From a virus, in IMG/VR virus record IMGVR_UViG_3300046170_000173: a DNA stretch of 64,000 nucleotides; one strand, 5' to 3'. Both the position numbers and the translations under genes were made by a program. The notes beneath the pieces are model-generated. The model worked only from the letters and a program-made list of their open reading frames with translations. It was not told where the DNA came from and made no database searches. Shown here piece by piece: positions 38,561-48,462 of the stretch. Every line of letters starts with the position of its first letter. The first letter of the stretch is position 1.

Positions 38561-38897
38561 TACATTCCTTGAAGACACTATTGACGCCTGCTGCGAATCA
38601 TGTGCGGGCGAGACTCTTGTCGTCGAGGAATCGGAGTATCAGGGCAAGAAGGTTAAACTGAACAATCCGTTCCGTACACCCGATGGTCCAAAGAAGTTTT
38701 CTGTGTATGTAAAAAATGAAAAAGGTAATGTAGTCAAGGTGAACTTTGGTGACCCTAACATGGAAATCAAGAGAGACGATCCAAATCGTCGTAAAAGTTT
38801 CAGGGCAAGACACAACTGTGACGACCCTGGCCCGAAGTGGAAGGCACGTTACTGGTCATGTTATCAGTGGCGATCAGGTGCCAAGGTAGATAATTGA
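38547..38897 (+). CDS. conserved phage protein
   Basis: MKPFNTFLE; KVNFGDP...RKSFRARHNC...ARYWSC. Confidence 0.8.
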   Translation: MKPFNTFLEDTIDACCESCAGETLVVEESEYQGKKVKLNNPFRTPDGPKKFSVYVKNEKGNVVKVNFGDPNMEIKRDDPNRRKSFRARHNCDDPGPKWKARYWSCYQWRSGAKVDN

Positions 38898-38902
38898 TTT
38901 CG

Positions 38903-38910
38903 TATAAATA
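38903..38910 (+). promoter_or_regulatory. T4-type late promoter
   Basis: Intergenic TATAAATA. Confidence 0.75.
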
Positions 38911-38998
38911 GAAACATTAACTCGTAAGTCAGAACAAGGATCCACTAGATCATATAGATGACTTATATCATTTAACACATACTAATGGAACAATCGAA

Positions 38999-39310
38999 AT
39001 GAGCGATAACTCCAAAGACTTGTATGAGCATGTGCAACGTGAAGAACAACGCCTCGCTAGAATTGAGGACAAAATCGACAAACTTTCCGATGCAATGATT
39101 AACTTAGCTCGTGCAGAGGAGAAGTTGATCAATATAGAGAAAGCCAACGCACAAAACTTCGAACGTATGAACCGTTTCTCTCAGAGAATGGACGACATCG
39201 AAGATAGTGTAAACGAACAAGGTAAGACCGTGAAGGTGATGCAGTATATCATTACTCTAACCGCAACAGTCTTTGCCGGTGTGATCGTCAAAATATTTTT
39301 TGACGCCTAA
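38999..39310 (+). CDS. coiled-coil protein with C-terminal TM helix
   Basis: RLARIEDKIDKL...; hydrophobic tail. Confidence 0.75.
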   Translation: MSDNSKDLYEHVQREEQRLARIEDKIDKLSDAMINLARAEEKLINIEKANAQNFERMNRFSQRMDDIEDSVNEQGKTVKVMQYIITLTATVFAGVIVKIFFDA

Positions 39311-39322
39311 TTAACGGAGACT

Positions 39323-40066
39323 ATGATGTCAGATATCACTAAAATTATGGAGGCGTATTTGGAAATGGTCTCTGAGCGTAAGCAAAAAGAAGAGACTGAA
39401 TGTCCTAAGTGCAAGGGCGAAGGATGCGACCATTGCGATGGTAAAGGCGTCCACGAGAAGAAACTTGATCCAGTAAACGACAAAGAGAACGATAAGAAGT
39501 TCGATGATCGTAAGGACAAGGACATCGACAATGATGGCGATGTAGATTCTTCTGACGAATACCTACACAAGCGTCGTAAGGCAACTGACGATGCAATCGA
39601 TGGTGGTAAGAAACCAGCGAAGGAAGAGGTTGAGAAGGACGAAGAAGAGTCTGAAGAAAAACCAAAGAAGAAGAAGTCCCCAGTCCCACCTAAGAAAGAC
39701 GACGGCGAAGAAGAGTCCGAAAAACCAGCACCAGAGAGTGATGACGATGAGGAAGAAGAAAAGCCAGAACCAGAAGGTGGTGACAGCAAGTTGAAACAGA
39801 ACCCAAAGACCTCTGATAAGAAAGCAGAGATCTCTAAGATCGAGACCAAGGAAGCGTTTGAAGAGTTCTGGTCTGCATTGATCGAAGCTACTCAAAAGGC
39901 TGCGAAGGGAGAAACCCCAGAAGATTCTACTACTCCAGACACCAAACGTGCTCAAGAAATTCACAAAGGTAAGTCTGATAAGAAGATTGAAGACATGGAA
40001 GACGATAGTCATGAAACTGTGTCTAAAGCGGGTAAATCTACCAAGAAGGCCCCAGAGCCTAAGTAG
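39323..40066 (+). CDS. charged low-complexity protein with Zn-finger and EF-hand-like motifs
   Basis: CPKCKGEGCDHCDGKG; DIDNDGDVDSSD. Confidence 0.75.
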   Translation: MMSDITKIMEAYLEMVSERKQKEETECPKCKGEGCDHCDGKGVHEKKLDPVNDKENDKKFDDRKDKDIDNDGDVDSSDEYLHKRRKATDDAIDGGKKPAKEEVEKDEEESEEKPKKKKSPVPPKKDDGEEESEKPAPESDDDEEEEKPEPEGGDSKLKQNPKTSDKKAEISKIETKEAFEEFWSALIEATQKAAKGETPEDSTTPDTKRAQEIHKGKSDKKIEDMEDDSHETVSKAGKSTKKAPEPK

Positions 40067-40072
40067 TGTATT

Positions 40073-40279
40073 ATGAACTCGCTATGGGAGTTACTCATTA
40101 AGTTAGTGGGTCTGAGAAAGACCCACGAAACCTGTGCTGAAAAACTTCCCATACACAAAATGAGGAAAGATCGACTCATTGAGATAGCAATTAAGGAAGG
40201 CGTTGACAGGGAGTGTTCCCTTAAACGCCTAACAAAAGACGAACTCGCTGAGAAGATTTACCAGAAACGAAGCGCTTAA
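40073..40279 (+). CDS. hypothetical protein
   Basis: Rho-N-like LTKDEL tail; TAATG coupling. Confidence 0.55.
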   Translation: MNSLWELLIKLVGLRKTHETCAEKLPIHKMRKDRLIEIAIKEGVDRECSLKRLTKDELAEKIYQKRSA

Positions 40280-41232
40280 TGTCAAGTCTGAGATTCTACG
40301 TATTGACTAGTAGTGATATCGATACGCTTATTCGTCAATTCGACACCCTATCTAAAGACCAAACCACGGTCGTTATTAACACCCAAGACTCTGAATACGA
40401 GTATGAGGTGATAGGATACTGCGAAAGGAACAAGATCGAGTGGTTCGCCACCGACTCCGACGGCACACCCGCAACGGGTAAGAACGCAGTCCTCAAAATA
40501 TTCCTAGAGAGCAAACACGATTACATGGTCCACGTGGACGGTGATGATCTCATTACGCCTTATGGAAAGAACTTCTACCGCGCAGTCGTCGATACAGACG
40601 CACCCGACGTGATCTGTCTCTACAACCAGATATCTTTCTCCCGATGGGATGAGGGTCTGTTGAAGATTCTAAATGCGAGACCGGACTCTCGTTCCGAAGA
40701 CTTCATCTACTTCCCCAAGAAATATGTCCCCAAGTGGAGATATGAGTCCGCGAAGAAGCCGGGTAGTAACAATGGGGTGGAAAGTAAGGTTAGATATTAC
40801 AAGAGACACCACCCACATATTGATGAGGACAAACGCCTACACTGGGCGATATGTGCGGAGGAACTGACGGACTGGTGCCACCGATACAACGACAGAGGGA
40901 ACTCTCTGAACCGAATGGTATTCTTCTCGCGCAAGGCGGCAGAGATGATGGACTACGATCCCGCGATTGTCGTGGGTGAGGATCAGGTTCAATACTACAA
41001 ACTGAAGAAACTGGCATTCGACGGTGAGTTGGACATGCGAGTACATAACGAGAGACCTAGATACACATACCTCTACATGCAAGATATGCAGAGTACAACA
41101 CGCAACGATGAGGTCGATTATGATTGGAGAGAGTTGTTACTAGAACAACTAAATAAGATCAAACCGGACATGTGCCCCGAAAAATACCAACTACCAGAGT
41201 TGATACCGCCATATTATGAAGTTAACAAGTAA
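40279..41232 (+). CDS. GT-A fold glycosyltransferase-like protein
   Basis: GKNAVL, VDGDD, GED. Confidence 0.6.
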   Translation: MSSLRFYVLTSSDIDTLIRQFDTLSKDQTTVVINTQDSEYEYEVIGYCERNKIEWFATDSDGTPATGKNAVLKIFLESKHDYMVHVDGDDLITPYGKNFYRAVVDTDAPDVICLYNQISFSRWDEGLLKILNARPDSRSEDFIYFPKKYVPKWRYESAKKPGSNNGVESKVRYYKRHHPHIDEDKRLHWAICAEELTDWCHRYNDRGNSLNRMVFFSRKAAEMMDYDPAIVVGEDQVQYYKLKKLAFDGELDMRVHNERPRYTYLYMQDMQSTTRNDEVDYDWRELLLEQLNKIKPDMCPEKYQLPELIPPYYEVNK

Positions 41233-41584
41233 GAGTATCGTCGTTTACGCAGCAAAGAACTACTACAATCCGACCTGTATTGATGGGGAAGAGTTCTTTG
41301 ACGACCTCAAACGTTTTAAATACGTCAAGAGACTGGTCAATCGATACTACCAGAACAACGATCTCGCAGAGCGTCTCATCCTGAATCACCTTATTGTCAT
41401 CTTCAACGTGTTTGGTCACGAGGCCGGTGTGGAGATCCTCGCTGCAAAAATCCCACTTGAACAGTGGTCTGCATTAAAACCTTTCCTTATTTTTCTCCGT
41501 GCGGTCCATAATACCGATCTTACCGGAATTAAAATGGATAAATACGTAGTAGAAAAGTTAAGAGGTCTCCGATGGGAATCCTAA
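41216..41584 (+). CDS. conserved T4-like hypothetical protein
   Basis: YYNP.C...EFFDDLKRFKY...RLILNH. Confidence 0.8.
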   Translation: MKLTSKSIVVYAAKNYYNPTCIDGEEFFDDLKRFKYVKRLVNRYYQNNDLAERLILNHLIVIFNVFGHEAGVEILAAKIPLEQWSALKPFLIFLRAVHNTDLTGIKMDKYVVEKLRGLRWES

Positions 41585-42168
41585 AATCTGCGGCAGATGT
41601 CGTTTATACAATTCGTTTCTTGAAACTACTCGTTACTCCATTCGAGGACACACCTGCGTTTAAGGCAGGAATCATCGATGAGAAGGGCAATCGTCGCAAA
41701 GATTTTAATACAGACTCTATGGATGATCGTGAGGCGTATCGTGAAAACTATACTGCATTTCACCGTCTAGTTTATAATCTGAAGAAGATCATGGCGAAGG
41801 CACCAGGCGGACAGTCTATTGTTGCTCGTTACGGTGCCGCACTCGCACTCATCAAAGAACACGGTGATTTGTCTGATAAAGGCGTCGAGAAGATCCACAC
41901 AGAGACGGGCATCGACATAATGGACTTCCTATTGGAGTCTCAGTCCAAGTGGTATCTCGTAGAGAATGGTAACCTAGGGCCAGGCGTGTATCGTATGGAA
42001 AACGACACACTCACCGATCAAGCAGAAGATATAGTCCGTAAGGACGATCAAATCCGCGTTACTGATCACAACCATATTGATGACATCTTGGGTATCTCCA
42101 TTTACGAAGGTGTCCATATCAAGACAGGACGTAGAGTTCTGTTCTCCGCAAATGAGGTGCGAAAGTGA
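41572..42168 (+). CDS. conserved T4-like hypothetical protein
   Basis: YTIRFLKLL..PF...AFKAGIIDEKG...YTAFHRLV. Confidence 0.8.
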   Translation: MGILKSAADVVYTIRFLKLLVTPFEDTPAFKAGIIDEKGNRRKDFNTDSMDDREAYRENYTAFHRLVYNLKKIMAKAPGGQSIVARYGAALALIKEHGDLSDKGVEKIHTETGIDIMDFLLESQSKWYLVENGNLGPGVYRMENDTLTDQAEDIVRKDDQIRVTDHNHIDDILGISIYEGVHIKTGRRVLFSANEVRK

Positions 42169-42758
42169 GAACCCTAGATGATCTACAACTCGACTTCGTC
42201 TTGGAGTCGATGAACAATCCTTATAAGGCTACCCTGAATAAAACAGGGAAGACCGAATACCGATCCGACTTTACTACCGACAGTGGTGATAAGGTCAGTG
42301 TCTACTTTGAAGGTGACGAACACATCGATGACTACGATGAAACGGACTGGGAGATCTCATTCGTTCGCAATGGAAGTCAGTCGTTAACTGGAGAAGGTGA
42401 CGCTATGCGTATTTTCGCGACTGTTATAAAACTTCTCAGAGAATTTATCAAGAAAGAGAAACCCGTTTACTTCAACCTGTCTGCTGCAAAGGATGACAGG
42501 AACAACACCAACAAGTTGCAAAGTCGTGAGAAACTTTATGCGCGACTGATCAAACGATACATCACTGGATACAACATCCAACCAGAAAGATCTAGAAGTG
42601 GTACGACCTTCTACTTCTCTGCCAAAGAAATTCAGATGGAGATGACCACAACATCTGGTGTTGTGGGCACCGGAGACGACACAGATACTGTGATTGTCCG
42701 TCGCCGTAAGAAGAAAACTCCTGTCCAGATTGCCCGTCGATTCGTTCCTAAAAAATAG
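42165..42758 (+). CDS. hypothetical protein
   Basis: TGEGDAMRIFATV...SREKLY. Confidence 0.7.
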   Translation: MRTLDDLQLDFVLESMNNPYKATLNKTGKTEYRSDFTTDSGDKVSVYFEGDEHIDDYDETDWEISFVRNGSQSLTGEGDAMRIFATVIKLLREFIKKEKPVYFNLSAAKDDRNNTNKLQSREKLYARLIKRYITGYNIQPERSRSGTTFYFSAKEIQMEMTTTSGVVGTGDDTDTVIVRRRKKKTPVQIARRFVPKK

Positions 42759-42829
42759 TCAAAATAATCCTTGTCACCGAACCAATTTTGATATATAATT
42801 CTACTCGTTAATTTTAGGAATTGTATCAA

Positions 42830-43165
42830 ATGAAGTGTGAAGATTATGGTGACTATAAAGTCGTCATCCTTGAAACCCCCGACGACAACCCCGATGAAAC
42901 ACTTCGATCTTTAGATGCAAATACTCTAATCTTTGTATCCATGTGCGGATACACGGGCGATGACATCCCACCAAACAGATTCCTAGTAAAGAATTTCGAA
43001 AACTCATTTGAGAATCATCTCATGTGGGAGGGACTTCTTGACGCTGAAGAACAGGAAGAATACATCGCAAAATGTTGTCGCAAGTTCTGGGATACCGGAA
43101 AACAGATGGTGATTGAGAACTACTCTTTTCAACAAGATGAACCGTTCTACGACTATAGTAAGTAG
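42830..43165 (+). CDS. hypothetical protein
   Basis: Upstream TTGTCA-17-TATAAT. Confidence 0.65.
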   Translation: MKCEDYGDYKVVILETPDDNPDETLRSLDANTLIFVSMCGYTGDDIPPNRFLVKNFENSFENHLMWEGLLDAEEQEEYIAKCCRKFWDTGKQMVIENYSFQQDEPFYDYSK

Positions 43166-43230
43166 TTGACAGACCACTTCGATTTTGTTATAATGACAAA
43201 TCTAGCAAAAAATATTAATATGGGATAAAA

Positions 43231-45222
43231 ATGACAATAGATGTTAAATATGATCGTGATCGTCTGTTGAAAGATTATGCTGTGGGTATGTTGAAAGACT
43301 TCTATATGATAGAAGATGAGACCTCTCCACAAGACGCTTACATGAGAGCATCAAATGCATGGGCGATCTTTCAAGGTGAGTTAGACGAAAAACTAGCAGA
43401 AAGGTTGTACGAGTATGTGAGTAAAAAGTGGTTCATGTTCGCATCTCCTGTACTATCTAATGCTCCAAAAAACGGTGAGACCAAAGGAAAGGGTCTGCCT
43501 ATCTCATGTTTTCTTACCTATGTTCCAGACACACTCGAAGGATTGATTGAACACTCATCCGAACTAAGATGGTTGTCTGTCATGGGTGGTGGTGTCGGAG
43601 GACACTGGGGTAGTGTCCGAACGGTCTCAGACATCGCGCCTGGCCCGATTCCTTTTATGCATACGGTCGATGCGGACATGATTGCATACCGTCAGGGGAA
43701 GACGCGTAAAGGGTCATACGCGGCATATCTGGACGTGTCACACCCAGATATCATAGAGTTCCTTAACATCCGTATACCTACGGGAGACGTACAACGTAAG
43801 GCACTAAACATACACAACGCAGTCAATATCTCCGATGAGTTCATGGCGGCGGTTATCAACAATACCGACTTCGATCTACGTGATCCGAAAGGCGGTGCGG
43901 TCAAGGACACAGTCAATGCTCGCAAACTATGGGAACGCATTCTCGAAATTCGTTTCCGTACAGGTGAACCTTACCTGAATTTTATCGACACTGCGAATCG
44001 TGGTCTACCAATGTCTCTCAAGGAAAAGGGATTGCGCATTCACGGTTCGAACTTATGTAATGAAATTCACTTACCGACAAGCGAAGACCGCACTGCCGTC
44101 TGTTGTTTGTCTTCTTTAAACTTAGAGTACTATGATGAATGGAAAGACACTAATATCGTGCGGGATCTTATTCGTATGTTGGATAACGTTCTCGAATACT
44201 TCATCGGTCATGCGCCAGATAGTATTTCCCGCGCCCGTTATTCGGCGACACGTGAAAGAAGCATTGGACTTGGAGCAATGGGTTTCCATTCACTCCTACA
44301 AAAACACTCTGTTGCTTGGGAATCAGACAAGGCACGTGAAATCAATCAAGTCGTCTTTCAACATATCTCAGACGACGCTATCGCTGAAACCGAACTATTG
44401 GCAAAAGAACGAGGCGAGTATCTTGACGGAGAAAATACTGGAAGAAGAAACTCACACCTCTTAGCGATCGCACCTAATGCGTCATCGGGCGTAATCCTAT
44501 CAACATCCCCATCTATTGAACCCCTCAAGGCATGTGCGTACACGCATCGTACACGTGCGGGATCCTTCCTTGTGAAGAACGCGCACCTAGAGAAACTCCT
44601 AGAAGAGAAGGGTCATAACAACGAATCTACATGGTCTAGTATCATTACTAAAAAAGGGTCGGTGCAACACCTACCATTCCTTAACGAAGGAGAGAAGGCG
44701 GTATACAAGACCGCTCAGGAACTAGACCAGAACTGGGTAGTAACACATGCCGCTGACCGACAAAAATATATCTGTCAGGGTCAGTCGGTTAATTTGTTCT
44801 TCCCATCCGGTGCACCGAAGAGATATGTCAACAAGGTGCACTTCAACGCGTGGAGACAAGGACTAAAGGGTCTTTATTATCTGCGCACCGAAGCCAAGTC
44901 AAGGGCAGAGACGGTTTCGGACAAAGTCGAACGGGTAGCACTCGAAGACGATAACCGCACCATCATCTACGGTAAGAGTAACTGTCCGTGGTGTAAGTTG
45001 GCGACCGAAGAGTTGTCACTGCGCGGCACTCCGTTTGACTATATCGATCTGGAAGAGATCGGTAAAACCGCTGCAGAAGTAACTGGGCGAAAGGTCAAAA
45101 CTGTCCCACAGATTTACATCGAAGGTCGATATGTGGGTGGGTATGAAGACCTAATGAGTCACTTGGAAAGTGATTACAACGAGACCGAATCAGGCGATGA
45201 ATGTCGTGCCTGTGAAGGTTAA
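43231..45222 (+). CDS. nrdA: class Ia ribonucleotide reductase alpha subunit with fused glutaredoxin
   Basis: PISCF, SNLCNEI, APNASS, LYYLR; CPWC...TVPQI; terminal CRAC; TTGACA-17-TATAAT promoter. Confidence 0.96.
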   Translation: MTIDVKYDRDRLLKDYAVGMLKDFYMIEDETSPQDAYMRASNAWAIFQGELDEKLAERLYEYVSKKWFMFASPVLSNAPKNGETKGKGLPISCFLTYVPDTLEGLIEHSSELRWLSVMGGGVGGHWGSVRTVSDIAPGPIPFMHTVDADMIAYRQGKTRKGSYAAYLDVSHPDIIEFLNIRIPTGDVQRKALNIHNAVNISDEFMAAVINNTDFDLRDPKGGAVKDTVNARKLWERILEIRFRTGEPYLNFIDTANRGLPMSLKEKGLRIHGSNLCNEIHLPTSEDRTAVCCLSSLNLEYYDEWKDTNIVRDLIRMLDNVLEYFIGHAPDSISRARYSATRERSIGLGAMGFHSLLQKHSVAWESDKAREINQVVFQHISDDAIAETELLAKERGEYLDGENTGRRNSHLLAIAPNASSGVILSTSPSIEPLKACAYTHRTRAGSFLVKNAHLEKLLEEKGHNNESTWSSIITKKGSVQHLPFLNEGEKAVYKTAQELDQNWVVTHAADRQKYICQGQSVNLFFPSGAPKRYVNKVHFNAWRQGLKGLYYLRTEAKSRAETVSDKVERVALEDDNRTIIYGKSNCPWCKLATEELSLRGTPFDYIDLEEIGKTAAEVTGRKVKTVPQIYIEGRYVGGYEDLMSHLESDYNETESGDECRACEG

Positions 45223-45254
45223 TATAATTTAACAATAACATTAATAGGACTTAT

Positions 45255-46233
45255 ATGTCATCTTTACTAAAATTTTCAGAAACATATAAACCGTTCCACT
45301 ATCCGTGGGCGGTCGATTTAGCAAAGAAACATGAAGAAATCCACTGGATTGAGGACGAAGCAGAACTATCAGAAGACGTACAGGATTGGAAGACCAAACT
45401 GTCCGCCGCAGAGAAAGAGTTCATCACACACGTCCTACGACTCTTCACGCAGTCAGACGTTCAGGTAGGAGAGAACTACCACGAACTACTGATTCCAAAA
45501 TTTAAAAACAACGAAGTCCGCAACATGCTATCATCATTTGCGGCACGAGAGGCAGTGCACCAACGTGCGTATGCCTTACTGAATGATACCCTTGGTCTAC
45601 CAGACGAAGACTTCCACAAGTTTCTTGATTATAAAGAAATGGCGGACAAGATCGATTTCATGAAAGAGGGAAATACCCAATCGCATATGGGTCTTGCACT
45701 TGCGTTGGCACAGTCTGTGTTCAACGAAGGTATGTCTGTTTTCGCGTCGTTTGTCATGCTACTTGAACTTCCAGAGGTTCGGCAAGATGAAGGGTATGGC
45801 AACTATCGTAGAATGGTCCATCCGTGATGAGACTATCCACGTACAAGGTAACGCAAAGTTGTTCCGCACGTTCTGCGAGGAACACCCCCGCGCAGTTAAC
45901 GATGAACTTAAATCCAAGATATATAAGATGGCGCGAAACGCTGTCAAATTAGAAGACAAATTTATTGACCTTGCGTTTGATGGTAATGATGTACAGGGAC
46001 TAACCAAACAAGAAGTCCGCGACTACATTAGACACATTGCAGATAGACGATTGCTTCAGTTGGGACTGAAGCCTAAATTTAATCAAAAAGACAATCCTCT
46101 ACCTTGGTTAGACTGGGTACTAAACGGTGCATCACACGACAACTTCTTTGAGAAACGTGTTACCGAATACTCAGTTGCTGGAATGGAAGGCGACGACTTC
46201 GGTTGGGAGGAATTGGAAACTGAGGTTGCATGA
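45255..46233 (+). CDS. nrdB: ribonucleotide reductase beta subunit (one extra T at ~45762)
   Basis: EAVHQRAY, NEG, DETIH, NFFEKRVTEY across two frames. Confidence 0.95.
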
Positions 46234-46376
46234 TGGAACAAGATTACATAATTGAATGTCCGATATGTGATATGACCACGGTTATTCGTGTACAGTACGC
46301 AAGTCTGTACGAAGACGAAGTTCCGTGTTATTGTCCCATGTGTGGTGCAGATGCTGAGGCGGAAGAATCGGATTAA
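46233..46376 (+). CDS. small Zn-ribbon protein, 47 aa
   Basis: CPIC...CPMCG; SD GAGG. Confidence 0.75.
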   Translation: MEQDYIIECPICDMTTVIRVQYASLYEDEVPCYCPMCGADAEAEESD

Positions 46377-46383
46377 TAGTGAT

Positions 46384-46914
46384 ATGAATTTAAAACAAGT
46401 TATACATTCCGTACCAGACTGGCCGGAGGAAGGGATAAACTTCGTAGACGTAACCAGTCTCCTTACAGAACCCGCAGGCATTTCAGCAGAGTGTCCGTAC
46501 CCTTGTAAACCATATGGAAGGTAAGGGTTATACGGACATCGTCGCACCGGATGCGCGTGGGTTTCTGTGGGGTGCGCCTATTGCACTTTACCTTGGAATA
46601 CCACTACACATTGTGCGCAAACCTAACAAGTTGCCCCCACCAGTGAGTTCTCGCAAATACAAATGCGAGTATGCTTCACGCACACTTGAAATCAAAACGA
46701 CTGCACCGCTGAACAAGAATAGTCAAGGTATGCATCATTGATGACGTGAGTGCGACAGGTGGGAACGGCACTTGCCATCGCAGAGTTGTTACAGACATTC
46801 GATGTCACGCAGATCTCATATGGTTGCGTCATTGACCTTGCATTCTTGGGTGGTACAGAGAAGTTACGTGGTCAACAGATCAAAACATACAGTGTGGTCA
46901 ACTACGATGAGTAG
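46384..46914 (+). CDS. apt: adenine phosphoribosyltransferase (three single-base insertions)
   Basis: PDWPEEGINFVD, DARGF, RKPNKLP, IIDDVSATGGT after correction. Confidence 0.88.
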
Positions 46915-47437
46915 TATTATACTAGTCGCACTTGAACTAGAAACTCCTAAGATGTCATCTTGGAAGAATGTTTACTTCACTGGAGTTGGTAAAGTCAATG
47001 CGGCGATGACTGCTGCAGAGATGATCGAACGACACAAACCAGATGTTGTATGGAACTTCGGTACCGCTGGCGGTATCACTGTTGATAACGGACTACATCG
47101 AGTCACACAGTTCGTGCAACGCGACATGGTATGTGGTGGTATCGGTTGTGACCCCGGCCAGACTCCATTCGAACAGGGCATCATCCTTGGTGAGGGTGAT
47201 GGTCTAACATGCAGTACTGGAGACAATTTCGTTTCCGACCCAAACCTAGAGATCCCTGCTGACCTCGTGGACATGGAAGCATATGCAATCGCCAAGGTCT
47301 GCGAACGTGCCGGTGTAGAATTCCGTTGCTACAAATACGTCAGTGATCAGGCAGACGGAGACGCATCTGCTGAGTGGTCGAAGACCGTCGCAAACGGAGA
47401 ACCCTACTTCATAAGGACTTATAGTACCTATAGATAG
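46907..47437 (+). CDS. mtnN: MTA/SAH nucleosidase-like protein
   Basis: TGVGKVNAA, NFGTAGG, STGDNFV, DMEAYA, SD. Confidence 0.85.
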   Translation: MSSIILVALELETPKMSSWKNVYFTGVGKVNAAMTAAEMIERHKPDVVWNFGTAGGITVDNGLHRVTQFVQRDMVCGGIGCDPGQTPFEQGIILGEGDGLTCSTGDNFVSDPNLEIPADLVDMEAYAIAKVCERAGVEFRCYKYVSDQADGDASAEWSKTVANGEPYFIRTYSTYR

Positions 47438-47441
47438 GTGC

Positions 47442-47858
47442 ATGACATGGTTGTATGAAGACAAGATATTCGAACCCGAAGAGACCTTCCTAGAAGACTA
47501 CCAAGGGTTCGTCTACCAAATCACCGAACTGGACACTGGTATGAAATATATCGGTAAGAAGTTCTTTTGGAAACCCAAGACACTTCCTGTCACCAAGACC
47601 CGCAAACGCCGTGTCAAGACGCGCGTCCAATCTGACTGGCCCAAGTACTACGGGTCGAGTCAAGACCTCAAAGAAGCCGTCGCATCCCGTGGCGCAGACA
47701 ACTACAAACGCGAAGTCCTCAAACTCTGTCGCACCAAGGGAGAGTGTTCCTACTATGAGGCAAAACTCCAATTCGAGCACGACGTGCTCCTACGTGACGA
47801 CTATTACAACGCATTCATCGGTTGTAAGATCCACGCGAAACATTTGCCAGAAATGTGA
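47442..47858 (+). CDS. GIY-YIG nuclease-like protein
   Basis: GFVY...KYIGKK, YYGSS. Confidence 0.75.
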   Translation: MTWLYEDKIFEPEETFLEDYQGFVYQITELDTGMKYIGKKFFWKPKTLPVTKTRKRRVKTRVQSDWPKYYGSSQDLKEAVASRGADNYKREVLKLCRTKGECSYYEAKLQFEHDVLLRDDYYNAFIGCKIHAKHLPEM

Positions 47859-47920
47859 TAAATTACCACAAATAACTCTTGCGTCTTTTCGAAACATGTA
47901 CTATAATGGTTACATAAAGT
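47854..47920 (+). promoter_or_regulatory. repeated early promoter cassette, copy 4 (shortened)
   Basis: TGTGATAAATTACC, TTGCGT-17-TATAAT(47902), GGTTACATAAA. Confidence 0.8.
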
Positions 47921-47941
47921 TGAGATAGAGAGAGAAAAGAC

Positions 47942-48217
47942 ATGGCACGAATTATTTACCAAGATTCATTTGACCGCGAAGAGATGGAATCATCAGACAT
48001 TGGTTTTAACCAAGCGCTTCGAATTATCAAAGGTTTCATGGGTACTGAAGATACTCTTGATGCTCTCCAAGGTTTTGAGAAGCGTTACGAGAAAGCAGAA
48101 CGTGATGCCTACGAGTCTGAAGACTATGGTTTTGATCATGAGTGGAAATACGAGATCTACTCTTACAACCTTCTGGTCGAAGGTTTCGGTAAACTGTTTG
48201 CGCCTAAGGAGGCATAA
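47942..48217 (+). CDS. early hypothetical protein
   Basis: Directly after cassette. Confidence 0.75.
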   Translation: MARIIYQDSFDREEMESSDIGFNQALRIIKGFMGTEDTLDALQGFEKRYEKAERDAYESEDYGFDHEWKYEIYSYNLLVEGFGKLFAPKEA

Positions 48218-48218
48218 T

Positions 48219-48368
48219 ATGGATTCGGTAGTAGGTAACCTTTATAATGAGTTGATGTGCCTCTGTGAGGTGCGTGGGGAGTTGTCTCCCGAAGACAACG
48301 CACGTGTCGAGGATCGTATCCTCACGCTTCAACTTCAAATCGAGAAACTGGAGAAATCCAGTTTGTGA
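48219..48368 (+). CDS. early hypothetical protein, 49 aa
   Basis: SD AAGGAGG. Confidence 0.7.
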   Translation: MDSVVGNLYNELMCLCEVRGELSPEDNARVEDRILTLQLQIEKLEKSSL

Positions 48369-48440
48369 CTAATTACCTAAAATAAGTCACGTTTAAGTGT
48401 TGACATATGTTTCCAAAAGAAGTATAATGGTTACATAAAT
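48364..48440 (+). promoter_or_regulatory. repeated early promoter cassette, copy 5
   Basis: TGTGACT...AGTCAC, TTGACA(48400)-17-TATAAT(48423), GGTTACATAAA. Confidence 0.88.
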
Positions 48441-48462
48441 TAATGAGAAGAGAGATTTGATT

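Noticed and set aside
635-45222. Introns or inteins in gp43, uvsX, gp41 or nrdA
   Set aside because: The reading frames are continuous, of normal length and lack splicing motifs.
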